A stretch of DNA of 64,000 nt from the NCBI RefSeq assembly GCF_057098645.1, contig NZ_CM169472.1; one strand, given 5' to 3'. Of the stretch, positions 46,901 to 59,577 are shown in pieces. Below the pieces are notes generated by a model that was not told where the DNA came from, did not search any database, and was given only the letters and a program-made list of their open reading frames with translations. The translations under genes were made by a program, and so were the position numbers. Numbering within the stretch: the first letter of the stretch is position 1; every line of letters starts with the position of its first letter.

Positions 46901-46986
46901 GACTCGAAAGCGTAGCTAAATTTCATTCGCCAAAAAGCCCGATGATGAGCGACTCACTACTGGCCATAGTTTATTGGTTTTCGTAA
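46897..46986 (+). pseudogene. Q: Lambda Q antiterminator, N-terminal stub only
   Basis: [20 protein letters not shown] matches the start of lambda Q, then diverges and stops after 29 codons. Confidence 0.7.
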
Positions 46987-47111
46987 CTGAGTCATTTTAT
47001 TATTTTATTGCAACTTTTAATCTTTTATAGTGCGAAATAAATGGAGCTGGCATTCATTTCGCACTTTATGTTTTTGTTGGACTTATGTTATTTTGATTGA
47101 ATTCAATTCAG

Positions 47112-48071
47112 TTAAAAAAAGAAGGTGATTGCTCCATTTATAAATGAATAGTCATCCCCTGTCTTGAATTCTGATGTTACTTTATTAAATGCTAGTGTGA
47201 AGGCTACAGGTGCATACCCAATTGTTGCGCCAACTTGATATTCATCAACAGTTTTGTTTAGCGATACTGTTGTTTGTTTCGTCTGTATTGTTTTTCCTTC
47301 GAGAGTATAGTTGCGATTGACATCTCGTCTTTCCATACCTGCAAAAATCTTGTATTTGAATCCGCTTGTATCGGACATATGCATTAAACCACGGGGAGCC
47401 AGCAGACCAAAGCCATTATCCGAATTGAAGGTTTTATCATTACCAATGGCAATGGTTGCGCCATATGCTACATATTGAAATAAGTTTCCAGTAACAGCAG
47501 AAACTTCAGGGTATAATCCAACATTAGCACCTAAAATATCCATACTTGGTGTCATGGATAGCATCCCTTTTACAGTATAACCGTAGCGATTCTCTATTTG
47601 ATCATCCCATGCATGATATTTTTCTGCCCCAATAATCTCATGAGCTTTATTTTGTACTTTCTGACCGCCTGCGTCGGGGCCAACAACACCTATGTCAGTA
47701 CCTAATCGATAGCGAATCCAGTCATTCGCAAGGGAGTTCCATTCAATACCAGTGTGAGTGTATGCACTAAAAGCTCTGTCTCCAGTTACAGCTGTGTTGT
47801 GTCTTTTATTACTGCCTGATGGAGAGTAAATATCTTGCGCAATATGGAGAGATAATTGGCTCGAGTCTGAGATATCGTGGCTATATCCCAGAAATAAGCC
47901 TTGTGAGTAATCATCTCTGTTTTCATGTTTATTGCCATAAATATCATTAAGTATTGGTTGAAACTTCCCTGCATCATCATTTGCTAATGATAATGCAAGG
48001 CTGTTCGCGATAGCTGAACACGTGGTAAATGACAGAGCAATAAAGACGCCAGCGATGACACTTTTTTTCAT
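47112..48071 (-). CDS. Outer-membrane beta-barrel protein, LpxR (lipid A 3-prime-O-deacylase)-like by length and architecture
   Basis: 319 aa, signal peptide MKKSVIAGVFIALSFTTCSAIA, C-terminal aromatic residues (ITFFF); visibly AT-rich with a long AT-rich upstream region. Confidence 0.45.
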   Translation of the reverse strand: MKKSVIAGVFIALSFTTCSAIANSLALSLANDDAGKFQPILNDIYGNKHENRDDYSQGLFLGYSHDISDSSQLSLHIAQDIYSPSGSNKRHNTAVTGDRAFSAYTHTGIEWNSLANDWIRYRLGTDIGVVGPDAGGQKVQNKAHEIIGAEKYHAWDDQIENRYGYTVKGMLSMTPSMDILGANVGLYPEVSAVTGNLFQYVAYGATIAIGNDKTFNSDNGFGLLAPRGLMHMSDTSGFKYKIFAGMERRDVNRNYTLEGKTIQTKQTTVSLNKTVDEYQVGATIGYAPVAFTLAFNKVTSEFKTGDDYSFINGAITFFF

Positions 48072-48462
48072 ATGTTATTGTCTTCCTTTTTTTTGAATGG
48101 TGCGCGTATTTTACATACATGAGTTTGTAATACAAGGTGCGTAATCAATATGATGTTTTATAATTGCGTGAGACAATTGATTTATTCGTTTTTTATTGCG
48201 GTTTTATTATCTTTTAATGTAATGGTGTTTTTATTAAGTGTGTTTGCGTGGTGTTTTATGTTTTTTATAATTTTTTATTTTATTAAATTTAAATGCATTA
48301 GTAATGGCTATTCTATATAGCAATATAAGAACTGTTACAAAAAAAGGGGGGGCAATTACAGGTAGTTATGGATGATGAGTGAAACAGATATTGGAGAACC
48401 GGGGAATGAATGATGTCTGAGTCTTATATATCAGAACTCCTTCGCTGTCGCTGGGGGCTCCT

Positions 48463-49236
48463 GTGCTTATGTCGTTTCCCCGATTCGGTTTTGAACGATT
48501 ACCGAATGTTGAAGAATTATGCCAAAATATAGAAAGGATTTACTGCATGAATACCCAATATTTACAGTATGTTCGTGAGCAACTTATGGCAGCTACTGCT
48601 GACTTGAACGGAGCAACGAAAGGCCAGCTCGAAGCCTGGCAGGAGCATGCACAATTTGATACTGGTACATACAAACGAAAGAAGCCGCGCATTCTGGATG
48701 TGGTAACTGGCAAGATGATTACGCTGGATAATACGCCGACTTCCGGTAAGCAGTCGTACGCAAAAGGTTCATCCATTGCTTTGGTCAGCCCGGTTGAATT
48801 CTCAACCTCTTCATGGCGCCGCGCGGTTTTGTCTCTCGATGAACATCAGAAAGCATGGTTGCTTTGGTGTTACAGCGAAAGCGTTCGATGGGGGCATCAG
48901 GTCACCATAACGCAATGGGCATGGAGCGAGTTTAAAGATTTGTTAAGTAACAGAAAAATTGCAGGTAAGACACTGGATCGCCTGAAGACGTTAATCTGGC
49001 TGGCTGCACAGGATGTGAAGAGCGAACTTGCAGGGCGTGAGGCCTATGAATACCAGACACTGGCATCATTGGTGGGAGTGACAACAAAAAACTGGTCCGA
49101 GACATTTACTGAACGCTGGGTTGCAATGAAGCACATTTTTCTACAGCTTGATAGTGATGCTTTATTGCTTGTGACGAGAACACGTTCAAAACAAAAGGCA
49201 GCATTTTTACAGCAAAATATTGCAAAACTGGATTAA
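48463..49236 (+). CDS. Hypothetical protein, possibly a non-lambda late-gene regulator; start uncertain (alternative ATG at 48547)
   Basis: 257-aa ORF downstream of the Q stub, no zinc-finger cysteines; function not assignable from sequence. Confidence 0.35.
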   Translation: MLMSFPRFGFERLPNVEELCQNIERIYCMNTQYLQYVREQLMAATADLNGATKGQLEAWQEHAQFDTGTYKRKKPRILDVVTGKMITLDNTPTSGKQSYAKGSSIALVSPVEFSTSSWRRAVLSLDEHQKAWLLWCYSESVRWGHQVTITQWAWSEFKDLLSNRKIAGKTLDRLKTLIWLAAQDVKSELAGREAYEYQTLASLVGVTTKNWSETFTERWVAMKHIFLQLDSDALLLVTRTRSKQKAAFLQQNIAKLD

Positions 49237-49405
49237 AAGCCATATACTTCATGCAAATTTGGTATGTTGTAAAAAATGTATAAACCCGCTGCCGAGTGGG
49301 TTTTTTTTATGCCCTGAGTTGTACTTGTACGGTAAACATGCTGGCTGCTATGTAATAGAGTTTTTTTAGCCTGTAACCTCTTGACGGCATTGAATTGCTT
49401 TTGTT

Positions 49406-50164
49406 ATGAGTTGTAAGCCAATGTTATCATCTTGTATTGGGGTGGTTATGAAGGATGGTGCGCTGCTCAGGAGTTCTTCACTTTTTATTGCCTACATGGG
49501 ATGCCTTGGATGGGGGAGTGCTTATTTCTATGGATGGGGTACTTCTTTTTACTACGGCTTCCCATGGTGGATTGTAGGTGCAGGTGTTGATGATGTTGCC
49601 AGAAGTTTATTTTTTGCAGTTATCGTCATTGCTATATTTCTTATCGGTTGGGGTATTGGTGTTGTATTCTTTTTCGCAGTGAAAAGAAAACATTCTATGC
49701 AAGAGCTAAATGTATTTCGCCTTTATTTTGCTGTGGAATTATTGTTTGTGCCGGCAATTATTGAGTTTTCTATATTGAGACAGAAGATTCAGGTACCTCT
49801 TTTGCTACTGTCAGCAGCGATTGCGCTGGCGGTTACAATTTCGATAAGATCTTATGGGCGATTTTTATCGGTATCATGCTTCTATGATAAGCCATTTATA
49901 AAAAAACATTTTTTTGAGATTGTGATGATTGCTTTTGTGGCATATTTTTGGCTTTTTTCATTTCTGACAGGATATTACAAACCACAGTTTAAGAAAGAAT
50001 ATGAAATGATTAATTATAATGATGGTTGGTATTATGTTCTTGCTCGTTATGATAATTGTCTGGTTTTGTCTACTTCTTTCAATGCAGGTAGTAAAAGGTT
50101 TGTCATTTATCAATCAGCACAAGATAAGAATCTTCAGGTTGATATTGTAAGGACCAGAATTTAA
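49406..50164 (+). CDS. Hypothetical polytopic membrane protein (cargo gene in the Q-to-lysis region)
   Basis: 252-aa ORF, several hydrophobic helices, visibly AT-rich. Confidence 0.5.
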   Translation: MSCKPMLSSCIGVVMKDGALLRSSSLFIAYMGCLGWGSAYFYGWGTSFYYGFPWWIVGAGVDDVARSLFFAVIVIAIFLIGWGIGVVFFFAVKRKHSMQELNVFRLYFAVELLFVPAIIEFSILRQKIQVPLLLLSAAIALAVTISIRSYGRFLSVSCFYDKPFIKKHFFEIVMIAFVAYFWLFSFLTGYYKPQFKKEYEMINYNDGWYYVLARYDNCLVLSTSFNAGSKRFVIYQSAQDKNLQVDIVRTRI

Positions 50165-50297
50165 TTGGCTGCATAAATAATATTTTAAGTTGCAAGTTGG
50201 CTATTCGTAGGAATAGAACCTTAGGCATGCTGAATGCGTTTTCTGAACATTGTTTTATAAACTGTGTCTGCTTGCTGTTGTGATCCTGCTTTTAGTG

Positions 50298-50408
50298 ATG
50301 GTGATGATGGATTTCACCAGCAGGATAATGTTGGTACTGACTGATGGCGCTCTGGTCTGCGGCATTGTGGTATTGCTGTGGCCGATGATGAAAGAACAGA
50401 ATGAATAA
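50298..50408 (+). CDS. Putative 36-aa hydrophobic peptide
   Basis: MVMMDFTSRIMLVLTDGALVCGIVVLLWPMMKEQNE, one TM-like segment; below the ORF-track cutoff. Confidence 0.3.
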   Translation: MVMMDFTSRIMLVLTDGALVCGIVVLLWPMMKEQNE

Positions 50409-50593
50409 TTCTTGACTTTTTTGTTTACTGTTTATTAAAAAATCAACCGCATGGTGAATCCTCCTTGGAGGGGCTAAATGATCGAGTTTTAAGGGCACGT
50501 AGCGAGTTCTGTTTGATCATTGCAGAACTTAGCGGGAGGCGCCATGCGTACATCACTAGTGTTATTCCTTTTATCATTTTCCTTGTGAGTTCT

Positions 50594-50620
50594 GGCTGCG
50601 CATTGCGCAGCCTTTTTTTT
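50594..50620 (+). terminator. Intrinsic terminator (possible late-leader terminator)
   Basis: ggctgcgca-t-tgcgcagcc followed by TTTTTTTT. Confidence 0.6.
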
Positions 50621-50706
50621 ATGACCTGCCACTGGCAGATGGTCATCCTGTGATTTGATTCCGCTTCCGGCTTTTTAACTCTGTTCCTCTACACGGGAGA
50701 AATTCG

Positions 50707-52556
50707 ATGTCGATTAAACATTACGATGTTGTCAGGGCGGCGTCGCCGTCAGACCTTGCGGAAAAGCTGACACACAAACTGAAAGAGGGCTGGCAGCCAT
50801 ACGGCGGACCGGTTGCCATTACGCCGTACACACTGATGCAGGCGGTGGCTATTGAAGGAGAGCCACAGGTCGGCCCTTCATCTGAGCCGGATTGGTACTA
50901 CGTCATCGTACTGGCCGGGCAGTCCAATGCCATGGCTTACGGTGAAGGGCTTCCGCTGCCGGATTCATACGATGCTCCGGATCCGCGCATTAAACAGCTG
51001 GCGCGCCGCAGTACAGTGACGCCGGGCGGGGCTGCCTGCAGATATAACGATATTATTCCGGCTGACCACTGTCTGCATGATGTGCAGGATATGAGTACGC
51101 TGAATCATCCGAGGGCTGACCTGAGCAAAGGGCAGTACGGCTGTGTCGGTCAGGGTTTACATATTGCCAAAAAACTGCTCCCGTATATCCCGAATAACGC
51201 GGGGATCCTGCTGGTACCATGCTGTCGTGGTGGTTCGGCATTTACCCAGGGCGCGGAGGGGACATTCAGCGAGTCCACGGGGGCCAGTCAGGATTCGGCA
51301 CGCTGGGGGTGGGCAAGCCGTTATATCAGGATCTGATTTCCCGCACAAAAGCGGCATTGCAGAAAAATCCCAAAAACGTTCTGCTGGCCGTCTGCTGGAT
51401 GCAGGGTGAGTTTGACATGAGCGCCGCCACCCACGCACAGCAACCTGCGCTGTTTACAGCCATGCTGACACAGTTTCGTGCTGACCTCTCCGTGTTTAAC
51501 GCGCAGTGCCATGGTGGCAGTGCTGCAGATGTGCCGTGGATTTGTGGTGACACGACGTATTACTGGAAAAATACATACGCTACCCAGTACGACACCGTGT
51601 ACGGCGGGTATAAAAACAGGGAGAGTGAGGGCGTTTATTTTGTGCCCTTCATGACAGACGGTAACGGCGTCAATACCGCCACTAACGCGCCGGCAGAAGA
51701 TCCGGATATTCCGGCATCAGGATATTACGGTGCGGCATCGAGAACGAATGGAAACCAGGTATCATCAAACCGCCCGACACATTTCAGTTCATGGGCGCGC
51801 AGGAGCATTATTCCGGATCGTCTGGCAACCGCTATTCTGAACGCAGCCGGGCGCACCTCAGCCTTCATCAGTGGTAAGGCACCGGAAATCAAACCCTCGC
51901 CCGGCGGCAACACGCCATCGGGTCCGTCTGCAGATACGTCCGTTCGCACAATCTCCCTGCTGCCGGCAGCCGGAGAGGCTGCTGCGCAGGGCTGGAGCAT
52001 TAAGGATGGCGGAATTCAGTTGTCAGATGGTGTATTTAAGATCACCAAGCAGAGCAATAAAACCTGGTCCCTGACGCATCCGGTGGATGACGCAATTACC
52101 CTGCTGACACAGGGCGGCAGACTGACCTGTAAGTTCCGCCTGTCAGGCGCACTGACCAACAATCAGTTCGGGCTGGGGATTTATCTGTATACGGATGCTC
52201 CCGTTCCTGATGGTGTGGCGATGACGGGTACCGGTAATCCGTTCCTGATGTCGTACTTCACTCAGACCACTGACGGCAGAGTGAATCTGATGCATCACAG
52301 GAAAGCCGGAAACACGAAGCTGGGGGAGTTCGGCGATTACGGTAACGACTGGCAGACGCTGGAGCTGGTGTTCACCGCCGGCAGTGCCACGGTTACTCCG
52401 AAACTGAATGGAGTGGCTGGCCCGGCATTCCAGGTTATAAAAGACAGTCTGACACTGGGACTGAATGCGCTGACGCTGACGGATGTTACAAAAAATGCAG
52501 CGTATGGCGTTGAGATAGAAAGTCTGATGCTGGAGATAAATGCACCGGCAGCATAA
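50707..52556 (+). pseudogene. Prophage sialate O-acetylesterase-like (NanS-p family) gene, split by a frameshift at a G5 run
   Basis: N-terminal esterase half (GQSN motif) in ORF 50707..51336 and C-terminal half in ORF 51219..52556; the frames meet at the G-run near 51281-51285. Confidence 0.6.
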
Positions 52557-52728
52557 TAAAAAAAGCCAGCGACTGACCTGAAAAAGAAGACGCTGGCTAA
52601 AAGGCCTTATATGTTTGTAGAGACTTATTTTTCACAGACAGCAATGATGCCTGTCAATATATTATCAATATGCGGATTGTTTCAGTTACAGATGCCTTAT
52701 TAAGGAAAAAAACAGCCAGCTGTAGTGG

Positions 52729-53756
<1,028 letters not shown>

Positions 53757-53760
<4 letters not shown>

Positions 53761-54197
53761 TGCCACTGCTGGATAAGCTGCGTGAGCAGTACGGGGTCGG
53801 ACCGCTATGCAGCGAACTGCATATTGCCCCGTCAACGTATTACCACTGTCAGCAACAGCGACATCATCCGGATAAACGCAGTGCCCGTGCGCAGCGCGAT
53901 GACTGGCTGAAGAAAGAGATACAGCGCGTATACGATGAAAATCACAAGGTATACGGTGTGCGTAAAGTCTGGCGTCAGTTGTTACGGGAAGGTATCAGAG
54001 TGGCCAGATGCACTGTGGCACGTCTCATGGCGGTTATGGGACTTGCCGGTGTTCTCCGGGGTAAAAAGGTCCGTACGACCATCAGCCGGAAAGCCGTTGC
54101 CGCAGGCGACCGCGTAAACCGTCAGTTCGTGGCAGAACGACCTGACCAGCTGTGGGTGGCTGATTTTACTTACGTCAGCACATGGCAGGGCTTCGTG
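53757..54197 (+). pseudogene. IS629-like OrfB, N-terminal part (copy 2), interrupted by IS21-family insertion
   Basis: Matches copy-1 OrfB up to ...[14 protein letters not shown], then reads into the foreign element. Confidence 0.8.
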
Positions 54198-54294
54198 CGT
54201 ATTCCGCTCTATTCGATCACGGATTGGCATCGAAGTCCGATCAGCGATTCGCATCCATTCGATCAACCGGGAACTTAACTTTTTCTACCGCTTT

Positions 54295-55050
54295 TTAACG
54301 CGTTTTTTCGCTGCTTTCCACTACCGGGGGATTTTTCCTCAGTGACTCTCCCTGAAGGACCACTCGGTGTGAGTTATGTACCAGTCTGTCCAGGATGGCA
54401 TCTGCTGTTGTTGGGTTCTCCATCAGACCATGCCATTTATCTACCGGGAACTGGCTTACCACTATCGTGCTGCTTTGTCCGTAACGATCCTCTATGAGCT
54501 CCAGAAGGTCATTACACTGGGCGTTACTTAACTGTTCCAGCCCCAGATCGTCCAGGATTAGAACCTGTATTTTTTGCAACTGTTTCAGATATTTCAGCCA
54601 GCTGCCATCAACACGTCCCTGAGCCAGTTGTTCCAGTAATCGCCCGGTTCTACAGTACCGGACGCTGTGTTTCTGTCGACATGCCTGTTCGCCCAGCGCA
54701 TTGGCTATCCAGCTCTTGCCACATCCTGTCGGACCGGTTATCAGCAGGTTTTTCCTGTGGGTTATGTAGTGGCCGTTCAGCAGTTCTCTCATCTGTTCAG
54801 CCCGCAGACCTCTTGAGGCCGGATAGCGCAGCCCTTCCGGTGTTGCCTGGTATTTCAGGCCGGCATTTTTTCTCAACCGTGCCACACGGCTGTTTTCCCT
54901 GCTCAGAAGCTCGTCATCAACCAGCAGCGTCAGCCTTTCCTCGAACGACAGTTCGTCGTAGGTCTGAGGCGTTTCCCGCTGCCGTATCAGGCTCCCGGCC
55001 ATCGCCGGGAGTTTCAGTTGGGTCAGTTTGTTTAACAGGTTATCACTCAT
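54295..55050 (-). CDS. istB: IstB-like ATPase helper of IS21-family transposition
   Basis: Walker A GPTGCGKS; start taken at MSDNLLNKLTQLKLP within the longer ORF. Confidence 0.8.
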   Translation of the reverse strand: MSDNLLNKLTQLKLPAMAGSLIRQRETPQTYDELSFEERLTLLVDDELLSRENSRVARLRKNAGLKYQATPEGLRYPASRGLRAEQMRELLNGHYITHRKNLLITGPTGCGKSWIANALGEQACRQKHSVRYCRTGRLLEQLAQGRVDGSWLKYLKQLQKIQVLILDDLGLEQLSNAQCNDLLELIEDRYGQSSTIVVSQFPVDKWHGLMENPTTADAILDRLVHNSHRVVLQGESLRKNPPVVESSEKTR

Positions 55051-55066
55051 ACTGTTGTTCCTTCTG

Positions 55067-56602
55067 TCAGTGGTAGTAGCCCGGACCACGCAGGTTTTCA
55101 TGCTCTGAAGCATATGCCGGATGTTGTTCGCCCTGGCGGGATAATGGAAGCTCCAGGTTCTCCCGATGGTGACGCAGCAGATTGTCGATAAAGCGTCTGT
55201 CAGGGGCGTTATAGTGCAGGGCAACGTAACAGGCCTTTTCCAGCCGTTCCGGGCCGTATTTTTTCTGAAGTGCCAGCAGCCCCAGAACTGCACGATAAGC
55301 CAGTTCCGGATGGGGTTTTGCCTTCAGCATGGATTCAACCACCCGGCCTGTGGACGGGCCCGTACGTTTTCCCTGCTCGATCAGGCGTTCCGGTGTCCAT
55401 GTCCCGTGCTGCCGGTGGCGCTCTGGCATGTGAAGCGGATTGGTTGTGTGTTTATATTCATGTGTGCTGCGCGGATGTTGCGCCACACACTGCCCCTTGT
55501 GCCAGAGCTGTACCACCGACTGCCCCGCCTTCAGTGACAGACGCTGACCGACCAGTTCGTGTGGAACGGAGTACCAGTGACGGGCATATTCAACGTGGTA
55601 GTCAGGGCCAACCTTCACAGCTTTGTATTCCGTGTATTCATAAGGTGCCAGAGGCAGCGGAGAGAGTGCTGGCGCATCCAGTATGCGGAAGCGTTCTGCA
55701 CGGGTTTGATTGCCGTACCCCTTCATTGGCCGGTTATTCATGTCTGTCAGTAACTCCCTAAGGCGCGCATTCAGCGCCCTGAGCGTGTGGAAGGTTTCAT
55801 TACGGATGCGGGCAAGAAGCCATCGTTCAACGATGAGGACGCCGTTTTCTGCTTTTGGTTTATCTTTAGGTTTGCGTGGTCGGGCCGGGATGATAACCGT
55901 GCCATAGTGCTCAGCCAGTGCCTGATAACTGTCGTTGATGACAGGCTCATATCGATCGGCCTTTTTCACTGCGCTTCTGAGGTTATCGGGGATGAGCAGC
56001 TTCGGTACGCCGCCCAGGAAGGTCAGGCAACGGCTGTGGGCATTTAACCATGACATCATGTCCTGACCTTCGCACGCTTCAACGTAGGTATAGTTGGACG
56101 CCCCCATTACGGCCACGAAGATTGCCACGCGGCGTATCTCACCGGTGTCCGGATTAATAACAGGAACCGTAGGACCACAGAAGTCGATAAAAAGCTTTTC
56201 GCCGGCACGATGCTCCTGGCGCATGGAGAGACGTCGCGTTTTTTTCCACTCCCGGTAGCAACGGCAGAAGTGCGAGTATCCCATCGCTTTGTTACCCGCC
56301 TGTGCCTTGTATTCCATCCACAACAGTTGCCGCGTCACACCTGGTTTTCTCATTTCCGTATCGAAGTACAACATGTCAGGCATTACAAGCTCTGATGCAA
56401 AGGTGTCTTTGGGCGGAAAAATGAGTTTCTCCAGCGTGTCATGGGATATATCAGCAGGTAATGGCCATGACAGAGAAGAGGCTTTGAAGCGGGCAAGAAC
56501 CTCAAAAACGGTTGAGGCGCTGATGTGTAACGTCAGTCCGATACAACGGTTAGTCAGCTTCTTGTCGAACTTGAGCTGAAGGATCTTAAAACAGGTTTCC
56601 AT
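55067..56602 (-). CDS. istA: IstA-like IS21-family transposase; start uncertain
   Basis: Long ORF with N-terminal HTH and DDE-type core, ends 16 nt upstream of istB. Confidence 0.7.
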   Translation of the reverse strand: METCFKILQLKFDKKLTNRCIGLTLHISASTVFEVLARFKASSLSWPLPADISHDTLEKLIFPPKDTFASELVMPDMLYFDTEMRKPGVTRQLLWMEYKAQAGNKAMGYSHFCRCYREWKKTRRLSMRQEHRAGEKLFIDFCGPTVPVINPDTGEIRRVAIFVAVMGASNYTYVEACEGQDMMSWLNAHSRCLTFLGGVPKLLIPDNLRSAVKKADRYEPVINDSYQALAEHYGTVIIPARPRKPKDKPKAENGVLIVERWLLARIRNETFHTLRALNARLRELLTDMNNRPMKGYGNQTRAERFRILDAPALSPLPLAPYEYTEYKAVKVGPDYHVEYARHWYSVPHELVGQRLSLKAGQSVVQLWHKGQCVAQHPRSTHEYKHTTNPLHMPERHRQHGTWTPERLIEQGKRTGPSTGRVVESMLKAKPHPELAYRAVLGLLALQKKYGPERLEKACYVALHYNAPDRRFIDNLLRHHRENLELPLSRQGEQHPAYASEHENLRGPGYYH

Positions 56603-56742
56603 AGTGCTCCTGGATTTTCTCTTTCTGGACATTGACGTCTCCACTGGTTTAAACACGGCAATGGAGACTGTGGTGAAAAGAGTTAATTCCCGGAGTGACT
56701 GGCAGGATGCCAATCAATGATCGGAAGCATGCCAAATCGTGA

Positions 56743-57291
<549 letters not shown>

Positions 57292-57303
57292 GTTCACAGA
57301 TAA

Positions 57304-58017
<714 letters not shown>

Positions 58018-58140
58018 TGACAGACAGTGACGGATGTTGTCAAGATATTGTGTCATTTATAACCTGAATCAGGGGAGGCCGGAATGTTATCTGGCATTTT
58101 TAGCAGAGCCTGAATGCCATAATCACGGCTCCCGGCGTTG

Positions 58141-58172
58141 GCCGTCAGTGGGTGACACTGGCGGCTTTTTTG
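58141..58172 (+). terminator. Intrinsic terminator upstream of the lysis cassette
   Basis: gccgtcagtg-ggtga-cactggcggc followed by TTTTTTG. Confidence 0.55.
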
Positions 58173-58221
58173 TTTTTCTTTACTTTCATTTTCTGTCGGC
58201 GGTGACGGAGACATACATCAG

Positions 58222-58428
58222 ATGGAAAAAATCACAACAGGTGTGTCATACACCACGTCAGCGGTGGGGACGGGATACGGGTTACTGCAGCTGCTGGACA
58301 AAGTCTCTCCGTCCCAGTGGGTGGCAATAGGTGTGCTGGGAAGTCTGCTGTTTGGCCTGCTGACGTATCTGACAAATCTTTATTTCAAGATTAAAGAAGA
58401 TAAGCGTAAGGCTGCGAGAGGTGAATAA
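58222..58428 (+). CDS. S: Class II holin, phage 21 S-type (pinholin-like)
   Basis: 68 aa, two TM segments, ...[41 protein letters not shown]. Confidence 0.85.
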   Translation: MEKITTGVSYTTSAVGTGYGLLQLLDKVSPSQWVAIGVLGSLLFGLLTYLTNLYFKIKEDKRKAARGE

Positions 58429-58925
58429 TGTCGCCGTCATTACGCAAGGCTGTTGCAGCTGCTATTGGTGGTGGGGCTGTTGCCATAGCGTCTGTGCTCA
58501 TCACTGGTCCAGGTGGTAACGATGGTCTGGAAGGTGTCAGCTACATACCATACAAAGATATCGTTGGCGTATGGACTGTATGTCACGGACACACCGGAAA
58601 AGACATCATGCCCGGTAAAACGTATACCGAAGCAGAATGCAAAGCCCTCCTGAATAAAGACCTTGCCACGGTCGCCAGACAAATTAACCCGTACATCAAA
58701 ATCGATATACCGGAAACAACGCGCGGCGCTCTTTACTCGTTCGTTTACAACGTGGGCGCTGGCAATTTCAGAACATCGACGCTTCTTCGCAAAATAAACC
58801 AGGGCGATATCAAAGGCGCATGTGATCAGCTACGGCGCTGGACATACGCTGGCGGTAAGCAATGGAAAGGGCTGATGACTCGCCGTGAGATTGAGCGTGA
58901 AGTCTGTTTGTGGGGGCAACAATGA
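58428..58925 (+). CDS. R: SAR-endolysin, T4-lysozyme-like muramidase
   Basis: 165 aa, N-terminal Gly/Ala-rich SAR segment followed by a lysozyme-type catalytic region. Confidence 0.85.
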   Translation: MSPSLRKAVAAAIGGGAVAIASVLITGPGGNDGLEGVSYIPYKDIVGVWTVCHGHTGKDIMPGKTYTEAECKALLNKDLATVARQINPYIKIDIPETTRGALYSFVYNVGAGNFRTSTLLRKINQGDIKGACDQLRRWTYAGGKQWKGLMTRREIEREVCLWGQQ

Positions 58926-59359
58926 GCAGAGTAACCGCGATTATCTACGTTCTGGTCATCTGCCTCATCGTCTGCCTTTCATGGGCTGTTAATCATTACC
59001 GTGATAACGCCATCGCCTACAAAGAGCAGCGCGATAAAGCCACATCCATCATCGCTGATATGCAGAAGCGGCAACGTGATGTAGCAGAACTTGACGCCAG
59101 ATACACAAAGGAGCTTGCTGATGCTAATGCGACTATCGAAAGTCTCCGTGCTGATGTTTCTGCTGGGCGTAAGCGCCTGCAAGTCTCCGCCACCTGTGCA
59201 AAGTCAACGACCGGAGCCAGCAGCATGGGCGATGGAGAAAGCCCAGGACTTACAGCAGATGCTGAACTCAATTATTACCGTCTCCGAGGTGGAATCGACA
59301 AGATAACCGCGCAGGTTAACTACCTGCAGGAATACATCAGGACGCAGTGCTTAAAATAA
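58922..59359 (+). CDS. Rz: Rz-like inner-membrane spanin
   Basis: [25 protein letters not shown] segment then coiled-coil; ATG overlaps the R stop. Confidence 0.8.
   Translation: MSRVTAIIYVLVICLIVCLSWAVNHYRDNAIAYKEQRDKATSIIADMQKRQRDVAELDARYTKELADANATIESLRADVSAGRKRLQVSATCAKSTTGASSMGDGESPGLTADAELNYYRLRGGIDKITAQVNYLQEYIRTQCLK
59121..59306 (+). CDS. Rz1: Rz1-like outer-membrane lipoprotein spanin, embedded in Rz in the +1 frame
   Basis: [20 protein letters not shown] lipobox followed by a Pro-rich segment. Confidence 0.6.
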   Translation: MLMRLSKVSVLMFLLGVSACKSPPPVQSQRPEPAAWAMEKAQDLQQMLNSIITVSEVESTR

Positions 59360-59577
59360 TTTTAATTTCACTGAAATTTAACAAGTGACTTTCAGGAAAA
59401 TGCCTCGCAGATGCGGGGCATTTTTGTACCGGTATTTCACCGCGCACCGCAGCGCACAATAAACACCGAACCTGACCCTTTGGAATGGGCCTTTGAGGAT
59501 ACCAGTTAGTGCTGGCGAGCCTCGGTGGGCTGGTTTCCTATGCGGCAAAGGTTCATTTCAAAGAAGCAGGCAACGCC

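Noticed and set aside
50292-50498. 68-aa minus-strand ORF ending in a poly-His tail
   Set aside because: The His run is the reverse reading of the ATG/GTG-rich start of the plus-strand small peptide; no start context or coding features.
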